The notes below the pieces were generated by a model. It was not told the origin of the DNA and ran no database searches. It saw nothing but the letters and a program-made list of their open reading frames with translations. A stretch of DNA of 64,000 bases from Trichosphaerium sp. ATCC 40318 (taxonomy: Eukaryota > Protista > Tubulinea), in NCBI GenBank assembly GCA_038496445.1, contig JALMLS010000635.1, positions 1 through 64,000 on the forward strand, in the 5' to 3' direction. This document shows, in pieces, positions 38,125 to 49,363 of this stretch (positions within the stretch are counted from its first letter, which is position 1; the number at the start of each line of letters is the position of its first letter). Both the position numbers and the translations under genes were made by a program.

Positions 38125-39717
38125 TTAGTAATAGATATCCGCGTGTGAGTCTGGTACACTATGCAGCTGAGATTGGCCCATATGCCCTTTTACACTATTG
38201 CAAAGGCTCTGATTCATGCGTATATAAGGCACATCAGCTAAATATTTAACACCATCAGCAGTAGCCTTAATGCAAACTATATTGATGCTATGAATAAGAA
38301 AAGAATTCAAAAAAGATAAGCCCAAATCACCAACATTTGTATGAGCAATAGATATCACTCTCGCTTTCTGAATATACTTCATCCCTTCATCTGTAACCAA
38401 TGTCCTGTCAAGATATATATGAGAAGCATTTAGGTACTGTAACCCTTTATCAGTAATCTTGTTCCAACAAAGGTCAACGTTCTTGACACCTTTGAGATGT
38501 TGTAAACCATCATCAGTAATATTGTTACACTCCTTTAAAACCACAGTATGAGCACCTGAGATGTATTCAAGTTGATCATCTGTAACGTCAGTGAAGCTTA
38601 TATCGATTGTATGTACACATGAGAGATGCTTGATACCTGCTTCAGAAAAGTCTGCTCCAGGTACAATATACTCTTGTACACCAGCAATATAACTCAAACA
38701 CTCGTCAAATGGCATTTGTGGTTTTGCTGTACGTCTTGTTACCTCTATTTTATGGATACCAGACAGATACTTAAAGCAATCAGCTGTTAGAGAACCATCA
38801 AATATCATCCTGACCTCTTCAAGGCCAGGCAAGTGTTTAAACCCTTCAGAGGTGATATCCTTATTTGAGAAAAATCCAACACTTTTAAGATTATTCAAGC
38901 GCTTTAAGCCGTCATCAGTAACACTTGTAAGACAAAGAGATAGTGACTCTAAGTTTGGTGTATGTACGAGAAAAGCGTCTGTGAATATACTGCAACAGCT
39001 GACGGATAGTTCCTTTAAGTTCACTAAATGTTTAAACCCTTCTTTTGTGACTTTTGTTGAAAAACCACTAAACGATAAGCTGGTAAGATTTGAAAGATTC
39101 TTCATACCCCCCTCGCTCAGCGATACTGTGCAACCGCTTAATTCCAACCTCTTCAGTCTTGACAGATACTTGAGTGATTCATCAGATAAAGGACAGTTGC
39201 ATAATGTTAGATCTTGGAGATCTTTGAGATGAGCAAATCCAGATCCAGTTAAGTTAGGGCTTGCTATGATAAGTTTCTTAACGCCTGCAATGTGACGTAA
39301 CCCTTCATCTGTCACGACACATGTTCCAACAAACAGGTTAAGCTCTCTAACGCCTGATAATAACTTCAAGTGATCATCTGTTATTTCATGCCTGAATTCC
39401 TTTAAACAAAGTTTTTCGAAGCCAGAAAACGCTTCAAGAGGTACTTGTGTACTTGTTGCAAGTGGCTGGAAATAAGCTATCGTTGTTTTGTGTTTATACG
39501 CGTTATATTCTGTCATACGCTTAGCATCGTCACTGGAAAGCACTCTAGCGCGTTTAAGGCCAATTGTGTTTCTTAACATAGAAACAAAGAAAGAAGAGCA
39601 ACGAAACATCGTAAAGCGATCGCCGTCGCTTAGGTACGCGAATATTTCAATATTTATCTCATTTGGTATGCGTTCAAACCAACAAGTATCGTGGATGCTG
39701 GATTGTTGAACTTCCAT
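38125..39717 (-). CDS. Intronless F-box plus leucine-rich-repeat protein, 530 aa
   Basis: N-terminal F-box ERIPNEINIEIFAYLS followed by many 22-24 aa LRRs of the form ITDDGLQHLKGVKNVDL. Confidence 0.9.
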   Translation of the reverse strand: MEVQQSSIHDTCWFERIPNEINIEIFAYLSDGDRFTMFRCSSFFVSMLRNTIGLKRARVLSSDDAKRMTEYNAYKHKTTIAYFQPLATSTQVPLEAFSGFEKLCLKEFRHEITDDHLKLLSGVRELNLFVGTCVVTDEGLRHIAGVKKLIIASPNLTGSGFAHLKDLQDLTLCNCPLSDESLKYLSRLKRLELSGCTVSLSEGGMKNLSNLTSLSFSGFSTKVTKEGFKHLVNLKELSVSCCSIFTDAFLVHTPNLESLSLCLTSVTDDGLKRLNNLKSVGFFSNKDITSEGFKHLPGLEEVRMIFDGSLTADCFKYLSGIHKIEVTRRTAKPQMPFDECLSYIAGVQEYIVPGADFSEAGIKHLSCVHTIDISFTDVTDDQLEYISGAHTVVLKECNNITDDGLQHLKGVKNVDLCWNKITDKGLQYLNASHIYLDRTLVTDEGMKYIQKARVISIAHTNVGDLGLSFLNSFLIHSINIVCIKATADGVKYLADVPYIRMNQSLCNSVKGHMGQSQLHSVPDSHADIYY

Positions 39718-39974
39718 TGCAATGGTTGGTTGTAGCAGTGAAGCCTTCGCGTTTATAAATAGTCGCTGTTATTCTTCGCGAAACGGACAATTTTCTGCGA
39801 AAGACTGTATCAAAACGTTTGTTTACGCCACGCCTGGCAGCGTTGTTTGTTGAATAAATGACTGACGTTCCCGCTAAAAAATGTACGTATTAAATCAATG
39901 CCATTGTTAGCACTATCTTCGTGCTACAAACGCTGTTTATACGTTTATAACGCGATATCTGAACTAATTTAACG

Positions 39975-40886
39975 ATGCTAGCGTTTACAGGATCAAATAG
40001 TGCCAACGACGCCCAGACTTCATTCTTGGAGCTTCCTGATGACATACAACGTAGTTTGGCGGAGCTAGATGAGTACGTTTATAAGCGTTGGCCTTTACTT
40101 TCAAAAAGAGCCGCTGAAGCAACACGGTTCAATGACAAACAACAAAAACATGGCGGTTGGAAGCGTTGGAGCTTAGGAAAGCTGATTAAGCAAGAACACT
40201 TCAAAAACGGGTTAAAACATGGCGTACAAAGAGAGTGGTACAAGACGGGAACACAAAAGAGCGAGCATACTGAAAAAGAAGGTAAAAAGGATGGAGAGTC
40301 AAGAAAATGGCATAAGAATGGTCAAATACATCAATTGAGGTTCTTTAAAGATGATAATAGACACGGTGAAGCAAAAGACTGGCTAGAGAGTGGACAGTTG
40401 AAGATATTGACTTCATTTGACAATGATTATGAACAAGGATTATACCAAGAGTGGCATGCTAATGGTCAGCTCAGGTACATTGTTAATATTGAAAAAGATA
40501 TGGAACAAGGAGAAGGTAAAATATTTCATGATAATGGACAGTTAAAGACAAAGAGAGTATTTGTTGATGATTGTATACAAGGAGAACAAAAAGAATGGTA
40601 TCCTACAGGAGAGATTGAATCTATTTGTAATTATGTTGATGGTATGAAAGAAGGAGAGTTTAAGAGTTGGTATCCATCAGGTTCTTTAAAAGCTAAAGGA
40701 ACATACAGAAAAGGAGATAACGATGGTCTTTTTGAGTATTGGCATGAGAATGGTAATCCAAGACATAAAAGTAGCTATAAGAAAGGTAAAATGGATGGTG
40801 AGTATAAATATTGGAGACCTGATGGTTCATTGTTACGTGTTGCTCAGTATAAAGATGGAATTAAACTTAAGGAAGTAGAAACTTAA
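39975..40886 (+). CDS. Intronless MORN-variant (YwqK-like) repeat protein with an F-box-like start, 303 aa
   Basis: FLELPDDIQRSL followed by about 10 repeats of G..EW...GQL...Y.DG. Confidence 0.88.
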   Translation: MLAFTGSNSANDAQTSFLELPDDIQRSLAELDEYVYKRWPLLSKRAAEATRFNDKQQKHGGWKRWSLGKLIKQEHFKNGLKHGVQREWYKTGTQKSEHTEKEGKKDGESRKWHKNGQIHQLRFFKDDNRHGEAKDWLESGQLKILTSFDNDYEQGLYQEWHANGQLRYIVNIEKDMEQGEGKIFHDNGQLKTKRVFVDDCIQGEQKEWYPTGEIESICNYVDGMKEGEFKSWYPSGSLKAKGTYRKGDNDGLFEYWHENGNPRHKSSYKKGKMDGEYKYWRPDGSLLRVAQYKDGIKLKEVET

Positions 40887-41392
40887 GATGAAAGCCAATA
40901 ACCGCCGCACAATGAGATTAAAGCTTGTACACTTATCTTTACGATTAAATATTGTAGCCAGTGTTGGCTGACTTTTGAAACACGTGAGTTTTTTCCCTGT
41001 TACAAATATTGTAACGCTTTTGTAAGCTCCGGTTCTTGACATTGTTACTGGTTCCACAGACTGGATAAAGCAAAAGAATGCTCAAGCATCGCTTGACACC
41101 TCCCCAAAGAGACATACTCATTGCATAGAAAGTTATCTGGGTGTTTCTTAATATGCTCAATATTGAAGGCGAATTTTCCTTGCAAAGACATGTGGTGGTT
41201 GGACATTGTAGAGCAATACACAAGTAAAATAAAACATAGTAAGCATTGTATACAATACCGTACGTTACAAGTTTTCTATTGTGTATTGACAAACAACTCG
41301 CTAAATAAATAACAAGTAACGGTTGTGAATTACCCGAGTTACAGTCAAGTTTGGAGTATACACTTGGTCAACACTCCATAATCAAATACAAC

Positions 41393-43469
41393 ATGTATGT
41401 CGCTTTAGTGTTTGCTTTCTTGGCAGCGTTTACTACTTTCACGTGTTGTGAAACGGTTTATCCTTTATACACTATTAACTCGATAAATACTGGATTTACG
41501 GACTCAGACTACAATGTTATCGCTAGCAACTTTGGTTTCGCGCAAATGGCTGCATCTTTAGAGCAAATAAACGGTTTTCACAAAGTTAACCCCAATTTCA
41601 AAGTAGTACAATACTTTAATTCCGTTACAGGTCCAGCAAATACTATTGAACCTATTAACGTTAGAAAATCAGTAGCGTTTACTCCAAACGCTAGGTTATC
41701 TTTTGATATATCTACTACAGATACCACACTCGACTTTGAGTACTTGTCGAATACAGCAAAGTTCTTGGTAATGTTCGCATTATTTCATCTCTTTTTTGCT
41801 TTGTTTTTTTAACTCCTACCAAAGGCTAGTACAATACCTGGAGACATCAGCAAAAACGGCGCTGAGTATGTCACATTTATAAGAGTTGGAGATGAGATAA
41901 TGCGCATCAATAAAGTACTTGATAAAAAGTTGGTTGTAACACGTGGTTTGGATGATACAAAGCCAACAAAGCACAATGAAAATTCAACTATATTTTCTCC
42001 TTTGTACTCTGCAGAACGCGTTCCAGGATTTTCAAAGGACTCTCCTATTTATTATCAAAGAGACCCTGAAGCGATAGCATATACTCAAGTTCTTGTAAAT
42101 GCAACATCAACCTCAATATCGAAAGGCTATGACGGTTCTTGGTATGACGATTTTTCTTCAAGTACGGATTCTTCTCGGTTTTATGTACAACTTCATTTTA
42201 ACCATATTCTCGAATTGTGTACATCTATGATACGGTTTACATCGTCATCAAAGGTTTTCATCCTGATAGTTGCAATATCAGTAACACTTGGGCTCCCTAG
42301 TGTCAGAGTTTCTCCAAAACAATTCGTGTTTTCTAAAAAAAAACAACCAATTTTTTTGTGTTTAGGTATGTACAACACTGTAAGGATTGATAATGTAAAA
42401 GTTTCACTTGGTGACATCTGGAACTTCAAAACTGGATCCCCGTATACACCTGATGCACATTTAATTGCTCAGCAGAACGCATTAAAGAGTATTTGGAATC
42501 AATTACACCAGAAATTTGGTCATTACCCTACAATTCTCGCAAACAACGCTGAAGGTTTTGCCAAATACTACTACCTTTCCAATGATTAATCTTTGTTAGG
42601 ATGTTGGTTTCCTGAAAAAGGAAACTGCAGAATACTAGTAGAAGGCAGTACGGTGAGACCACTTGACGGATACAGGTAAACAAATACTTTTGCTTAAATA
42701 GCTTTTTTTTTCAAATGCTTTTTTTGTATTGCTAACTTTGGTTTAGTTTGGAAGTCTTCTCAGGTTCAGAGCAAAATACAGATCCGTTCCAAAGCGGGTG
42801 CAATATATCGAGTTTATCTTGGTCATTTCTACCGGTAACGACTTGGGTGAGGAACGTCCAAAACGCAATGGATGCAGCACAAAAAGATGTAGCAGCTTTT
42901 CCAATGATATCTCAAGCTGGTTGCAAATCACCTTTTCTTGAGATAGCAAAGGACAGGGATAGACTAGAAACATTTGGATATTCCACATTTCTTCTAGGTA
43001 ACCTTTATAACATGTCATTGAGTTATGTCTATCACTAGATCGTATTTAAACAACTTTTTTTTAGCATCCAGTCACCCAAAGCAAAAAATGAGATTCGGTC
43101 TTCCTTGCATGTACCGAAACGCTTCTGGTCACCGATATGCGCATGTACATGAAAGATATTCCTGGAATATAGGAACGCCTATCCATACAGAAACACCAGA
43201 CAACATATCTGGCTATCAACCTGAAGGTACAGTGATACTTGAAAACCTTACAGTTTTTCTCAGAAATAGATGAATTAATTATTACTTCAGGACACGTGTC
43301 ATACATGAGGCTATTCGATAATGGCGCTATTCTTGTAAATCCTACGAACAATACTGACACTCCCATTAAGCTACCTAGTGAGTTATATGATCCAGTTGAG
43401 AAACAATACGTTCAAAAGGTTACAATGCTTGCTCACACAGGGTTGATTTTACTCAAATCGCCACCTTAA
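41393..43469 (+). CDS. Secreted putative glycoside-hydrolase-like protein (GHL15-like; family assignment tentative), copy 1
   Basis: Signal peptide; motifs HKVNPNFKVVQYFN, GYDGSWYDDF, ILANN, PLDGYSLEVF and a C-terminal YMRLFDNGAILVNPT...HTGLILL; inserted EIMRI...VTRGLDDT.PT.H module. Confidence 0.65.
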
Positions 43470-43689
43470 ATACATCTCCTAATAAATTGATGACGTTTCC
43501 ATTCACAACCAGTGCTACTTATGAACAATATCGAATAGTAGCACTTCTGCTACAATAAGCACAATAACACCTATTGGCTATGGTAGAACAAGCATTACTA
43601 GAGAAAACGAAGTGAAAGTCTTGTCTTGGTCCATTACTTTAGAATACTATTGCTTTTTCTGTCCGGTTTATAGAACTGCACTAAATGAC

Positions 43690-43927
43690 AGCTACTTGCG
43701 TTACTTGCAGGTGTACACACTATAGGGTGGTTCTAAACTCATAACAGATGAGGGTTTGAAGGCATTGGCCATGTACACACTAACATAAGCGATTGTAAAT
43801 TAATAACTGATTAACCATCAAAGCAATGTCCAAAGATAAACTTGTCAAACCAATGTAACAGGCTAAAGTTTGAAGCCAAACCTTTGTTTTGACGTTGGCT
43901 GGTATGCATACTATATATTTGGCTGGT
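43690..43927 (+). pseudogene. LRR remnant
   Basis: Fragments AGVHTI, ITDEGLKAL and LAGMHTIYLAG with stops, ending at the foldback element. Confidence 0.55.
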
Positions 43928-43931
43928 GGGT

Positions 43932-44125
43932 TTTGCACTACATTTCGCGAAATTAGGCTTGTTCTATTTCTTCGCAGTCCGTTCTTTTGGAGGGCTTTTG
44001 TACAACATTTTCGCAGAAAACAACTCATTTTTTAGTCAATCGTGGCTCTAATGAACTAACATTTGATTTAAACAAAATATGTCACAAACGAAACAGTTTA
44101 TCAATTTCGCGAAAAGTAGTGCAAA
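43932..44125. mobile_element. MITE-like foldback of about 194 bp with 23-bp inverted repeats
   Basis: TTTGCACTACATTTCGCGAAATT (43932-43954) vs AATTTCGCGAAAAGTAGTGCAAA (44103-44125), 1 mismatch; no clear target-site duplication. Confidence 0.7.
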
Positions 44126-44866
44126 CACAGTGGTAACGTTTATAGATGTATTCTTCATTTGTACTTATTATTTCGTATAGAAAGTGGTTTGATTGTTGTA
44201 ACAAAGCTAGACCTTGCCAAGGATAGATTATTACCACGATAATATCCATTATTAGAGGCACCAGTATGATGTGTTACATTCAATGTCAACGGAGGTAATG
44301 GAGGCAAAGCAAATTCCAATAGCATCCCATCTTCAGGTGCAAACTCATCTTCAAACTTCTCTGATCTGACAAAGAGACCAGATTCACCTATGAGGGCGAT
44401 TGCTGTGGCTGTGATCATTTTCAGACAATATATTTATATTTGAAAGTGACTGAGAGTGTCTAATTCGTACATGTGTAGTCAAAAATTGTAAAACCTTTTT
44501 TATGTTTTGTTGTTCACCAATCCCAGAAGCTATTTTCTATGTTGCTCAGCACGTGTGGTTTGCTAAGAAACAATTGGTACTTACGAATATTATGTTATGC
44601 GAATTATTGCGTACCTGAACTCGGAAAATTGGCGCAGGTCCCGGCCTACATTCACCAGTTAGTGAATAGTAGGATGGGGCATGTGTGTCCAAAGCCATAG
44701 TTCTTGCATTAAGCTGTCGACAAGAACATAAAATTTTGAGTTTTCTACGTGCCTACAATCTCTTAAACCATTTTGCGCTAAAGCAGTGTTTTTCGAAAAT
44801 CATTTTCAAAAATTGTGGAATTTCTCAAAAGCGACGAAAGTTAAGTCAAACAAACGCTGTAAAATC

Positions 44867-46883
44867 ATGTCCCACGTGATAACAATATTTCTCGCATTAA
44901 TTGTTGCTACCAACGCACAGTGTGTACCGAAAGATCCAAGTCTTACCAGTTGGTGGCGATTTGAAGCAATTACTGCAAATAAAGCTTTCGACCTTTTCAA
45001 TTCGCGTGTTGGTACCTTTGGACCTGGTAATGGGTATTCCCAAACCACAGTAAGTACAATTTAAATTAGGGTAATTAATGATCGCAATAGGGTCGCGTTG
45101 GCGATGGGTTACAGTTCCAAAGTGAATCTACCTTTGTAGTTGAGAACGAGGGAATATTCGAACCTGATCAAGGTACTCAAACTATGACGCTGAATTATGA
45201 CGTTTAAATTACTAAATGGCGATGATTTCTAATGTTTAGGAATATCAGTAAATCCCTTTGTAAAAACTACTAATCGTTTTCCTTAAAGGAAGCTTTACAG
45301 TTGAGATGTGGATGAAGATAAGGTTATTCGGAAGAAAACAATATTTGATTCATCACGAAAATTCCAATTATGGGTTCAGTTTATTTCTAGGTGACAATAA
45401 TGTTTTGGCGTCTTATGGTGATTGTAAGTAAGGAATACCTTCATTACCTGTCCTAATAGTATTTAGTTGGAAGTATTACACAATCAAGTGGTATTCTTGA
45501 AGTTGGCTCTCAGGACGTTTGGCACCATGTTGGTATTGCATTCAAGAAGTAATGATTTTTTCTCAACAAATACTTTTTTGTTTTAATTCTATTTTTAGGA
45601 GTACTGAGCAACTTATTGTTTACTTTGGTGCGTTTAGTTGAATAAGCTATGTAGTATATTTAATCATAGTATAGACGGCGTCATGTATCCTAGAAATGCG
45701 GTTCCTGGCGCTAGCATTATCACAGATAGCAGCACACAGTTCTTTATCGGTTCAAATAATGAAGGTGATTATTACTTTAATGGCATTATGGATGAGGTAT
45801 TGTTTTGGGATGACTTATCATTTAATAAAGGAATCACATAGGTATCATTCTACCAAGGAGTTGCTCTGAATGAGACACAGATACAACAGATTTACAATGC
45901 GGGTAAGAACTGTTTATACTTTTGTTGCAAATACATGAATTAACTGTTTTGTTAAGGATTATCTGGATTAGGCAAATGTGTTGTAATGGCAGTTCCCACA
46001 ATAGCTCCTGTTGTACCAACTGAAGCTCCAAGAATGCCTACTGAACAACCGACAATACCTACTGAGGAGCCAATGGCACCAACTCAAGTTCCTATCACAA
46101 CTGAACCAACCGCACCTGCTGAAGCACCAATAGTACCTACAGAAGTACCTACGGACGCGCCAACAACGCCCACTGAGGTACCAGCGATATTGGACGTACC
46201 GACATCGATGAGTAAGTTAGAGCACCTTTGTTTTTTTTTGAGTGCTTTGGCTGAGTATGATTGTGTAATATTCTAATGATGGTAATAGCATGCAGCGGCG
46301 ATAAGCCTCCAGGTGCTGAGTGCAATCAAAGTCAAGGCGTTTGGGTTGTTACTGATGATGTTGTGATTCAACCATCAACTACGACTATTCTAATTGAGAC
46401 TTCAGTTGTATTTCAAGGTACATTAAATTACTTGCTTTGGTTTTACGTTATCTTTGAGAGAAGTGATGATTTTGTGTAGGAAACGTAAACTTGAAGGAAA
46501 ACTCAACAATACGAGTTTCTTCAATGGCAACACTGACATTTCAAAAGTGTCCAACTTTCAATGACACTCTCACTGTCGTTCTGACAGAAGTCAGCGAATC
46601 TGTTCATACAGTCCTTATAATACCTGCTAATTGTGATGAGTCGATCATTGACCAAACAACAGTGACAAGTGATGTTGAAGATGAATGTAGCGATTTTTCT
46701 GCAGTAGAAACGCAAACAAGACTTTCTGTGTTGTGGACAGTCAATGACAAATGTAATGATAGTGGTCTGAGTAATGGTGCGATTGCTGGTATTGCTGTCG
46801 CGGTTGTTTTGGTTGTTGTAGTTATAGCTGGGAGTTTGATTTACTATTTTACTTTTCATGGGAAGAGAACCTTTGTCATTTGA
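44867..46883 (+). CDS. Type I membrane protein: LamG/ConA-like domain, Pro/Thr stalk, TM, short tail
   Basis: Signal peptide MSHVITIFLALIVATNA; motifs SWWRFE, SFTVEMW, WHHVGI, IGSNNEGDYYFNGIMDEV and IQQIYN; PTE.P repeats; TM LSNGAIAGIAVAVVLVVVVIAGSLIYYF. Confidence 0.85.
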
Positions 46884-47074
46884 TGCTACATCTTCATACA
46901 TTATCTAAATAAAAATTCTGATTTGAACATGCCTCTGAAAGGTGGTAGAATGTAAGAGATAATTTTCCGAATGTCTTGCTTAGAACTTCGTATATAAGTC
47001 ACAGATTTAATCAACAACTTTCAGTTTTATTCGCACATTTTGACAGAGAACTGTAATTGTTTTTGAAAACAATG

Positions 47075-47350
47075 AGTTAACTGTTTGTTAAGGATATCTG
47101 GATTCTGGAAAATGTGTTCCTATATCTCCAACTGCAGTTCCCATAATGGCGCCTGTTGTACCAACTGAAGCACCAAGAATGCCTACTGAACAACCAATGA
47201 CGCCAACTCGAGTTCCTGTCACAACTGAGGCTCCATAAGTACCAACGCAAACTATGAGTACTTGAAGCTACGTCTATATTTTACTAGTATTGATGTTGAT
47301 AGTATGTAACGGCGATAAGCCTCCAGGTGCTGAGTGTAATCAAAGTCAAG
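47075..47350 (+). pseudogene. Partial tandem duplicate of LamG-gene exons (45935-46335)
   Basis: Matches the GK-C..VPIMAPVVPTEAPRMPTEQP and GDKPPGAECNQSQ DNA, with deletions. Confidence 0.8.
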
Positions 47351-47352
47351 TG

Positions 47353-47688
47353 TTAACAATACCAGTCGCTCCAAGTTGTAAAACTGTTTAAAGTCAAAAA
47401 TGTTTTATTCTCAAGAGTGTCGCTAGAAGAAACTGCATCGCTCAATTCAAACTTTTTTAAAATCTCTCTTTTAGCGTGGTGTATAAGCATCACTATATTA
47501 CAATCCTTCAAGTTTTTACAAGCAAGAGTCTCACATTTTTCCGCATTTAGGTGAGACATGCCAACACGGCCACTGTCTTTAAAAGTTTGTGTTTCTAAAC
47601 CAGAACTTCCATGGAAATCCTGTATTGCCAAAGTATCCACCTTTATTCGTCGTAGGTTTCCAAACAAATAAAGAACTACCTTGCTCAT
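47353..47688 (-). CDS. Small intronless hypothetical ORF, 111 aa
   Basis: ATG-initiated open frame with protein-like composition; no recognised motif. Confidence 0.3.
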   Translation of the reverse strand: MSKVVLYLFGNLRRIKVDTLAIQDFHGSSGLETQTFKDSGRVGMSHLNAEKCETLACKNLKDCNIVMLIHHAKREILKKFELSDAVSSSDTLENKTFLTLNSFTTWSDWYC

Positions 47689-47739
47689 TGTTGCGTATTG
47701 TGACTCTTTGAGCTACTTAACCCTCTAGCAACTGTTTTT

Positions 47740-48649
47740 TTACATCATAGCACAACGTCTCTTTTGTGTAATAGGTTTTGATGGGGTTAAATCTCTTTGC
47801 TTCTTTATCTCTCGTGCAACTTGATAAAAAGCTTCTCCAACATTTTCATTTGTTTTAGCTGATGTCTCATAAAAAGGAATGCCGTAATGCTTTCCAAGCT
47901 CTTCTCCTTCTTCTTTAGTAACTTGTCTGTCTTCTTCTAAATCAACTTTATTCCCAACTATTACTGAAGGGATAGAATCTACATCCTTGATCCTAAAAAC
48001 GAATATCAGCAAACTATTTTGTTTCAAAAAAAATGTGAAAAGTAAGTTTGATGTTTATTCCTAAACTCGAAGCTCCTTTGCTTTTGGATAGAGAGCTTGT
48101 TTTTCAGCACATGTTTGACTATTGGTAGTCTGGCTGTCGTAGATGGATGCTCCAATCCACAAGGTACATTGGAATATAGACTTGTAAAGTGTTCCGTACG
48201 CTCTAACTCTGTCGTATATACCTGCTACTTCCTCGAACGATACACGGCTTGTAATGGCGTAAACAAATAAAAACCCTTCGCATGCTTTTATGTACTGCAC
48301 GTTAACAAAAACGTTAGTTATATATACGTCACCTGACCAAAGTGCTTACTCTATCACGCATTGTAGCGTAATCTTCTCTTCCCGCTGTATCAAAAGCATC
48401 CAATACAAGCGTCTCACCGTCCACAATACATTGTTTACGATACCTACAGAAGAGTTATAACGCGTTTTAATAAAAACACAAGTAAAGAGTTAAAGCACAT
48501 AAAAAAGTGTTTTTAATTGATTAAAACGCTTACGTATATTCTATGGTAGGGTCATATTCATCAAGGAAGTAGTTTTGAAAAAATTGTATTGAAAGTGCTG
48601 ATTTACCGACACCCCAGTCGCCAATAACGTGTATCTTATAGTCGGACAT
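47740..48649 (-). CDS. Ras-family GTPase (CAAX = CAMM)
   Basis: Four exons: [23 protein letters not shown]...[13 protein letters not shown]...[13 protein letters not shown]...GNKVDL...ETSAK...RRCAMM*. Confidence 0.93.
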
Positions 48650-49363
48650 TCGAGTGCTTTCCCGTTGTAAAATGCTGTTTTTGTTGTGCACAACCGGACT
48701 TTGTCCCAGAAAAGAAATCATTGAATGGATATAAATAGAAAAACTCTCATTTTTTCAAGCCCGTATTTTGATCGGCTGCATTTACTATGTTGTTGTATTG
48801 CTGACAACGAGCAGTTTATATACCCTAGCAATTAGTTTTAAGGCGAATAAGTTGTGTTAATTTTGTCTCCTCAAAGTCTTCTAAATTGACCGTACGCATA
48901 CACATCAAATTCATTGTTTTGTTACTCGAAAGTGTTTGTGACTTAGCACTTTGGCTAAGTGGTGAGTCCGAATAAAATCATTATCGGAAAGTAGATAGAA
49001 AATGAAAACAAAATATGTTGCTATCTTCAATGGTTGAAACTGACTGATATCAAACACCTAGAACACTTTATAATAGAGGTTAACTGTAGACACTATTATA
49101 AAATAGAATTGAACATCAATCTGTAAAACCAAGCATTAACTCGTAAGTTTTAGATTTTCTGTTGGTCAATCATATCGCATTCTTGGCGCTTTATAATATC
49201 TTAAATAGTGAGTTCGTATTGAACTAAAAAAGATTATGTCAACGAACATAACAAGTTCGTCTACTTGTGGTGTACAATGTTTTTGTTATACTTAGTGAAG
49301 AGCACTGTTGAAGGTTCCTTAAGTTGAAATTCTGAGCTTTATTTTCTGTTGATGAGAACACTC

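Larger units (their letters stand above)
41077..44103 (+). repeat. Inverted segmental duplication, copy C (matches 58756-61325)
   Basis: 41077-43577 is the reverse complement of 58836-61325, and 44053-44103 is the reverse complement of 58756-58806. Confidence 0.93.

Noticed and set aside
38852-39709. Plus-strand ORFs of 126 and 73 aa
   Set aside because: Antisense shadows of the F-box/LRR gene.
44155-44418. 87-aa ORF
   Set aside because: Possibly an orphan exon remnant, but there is no recognisable motif or gene structure to support a call.
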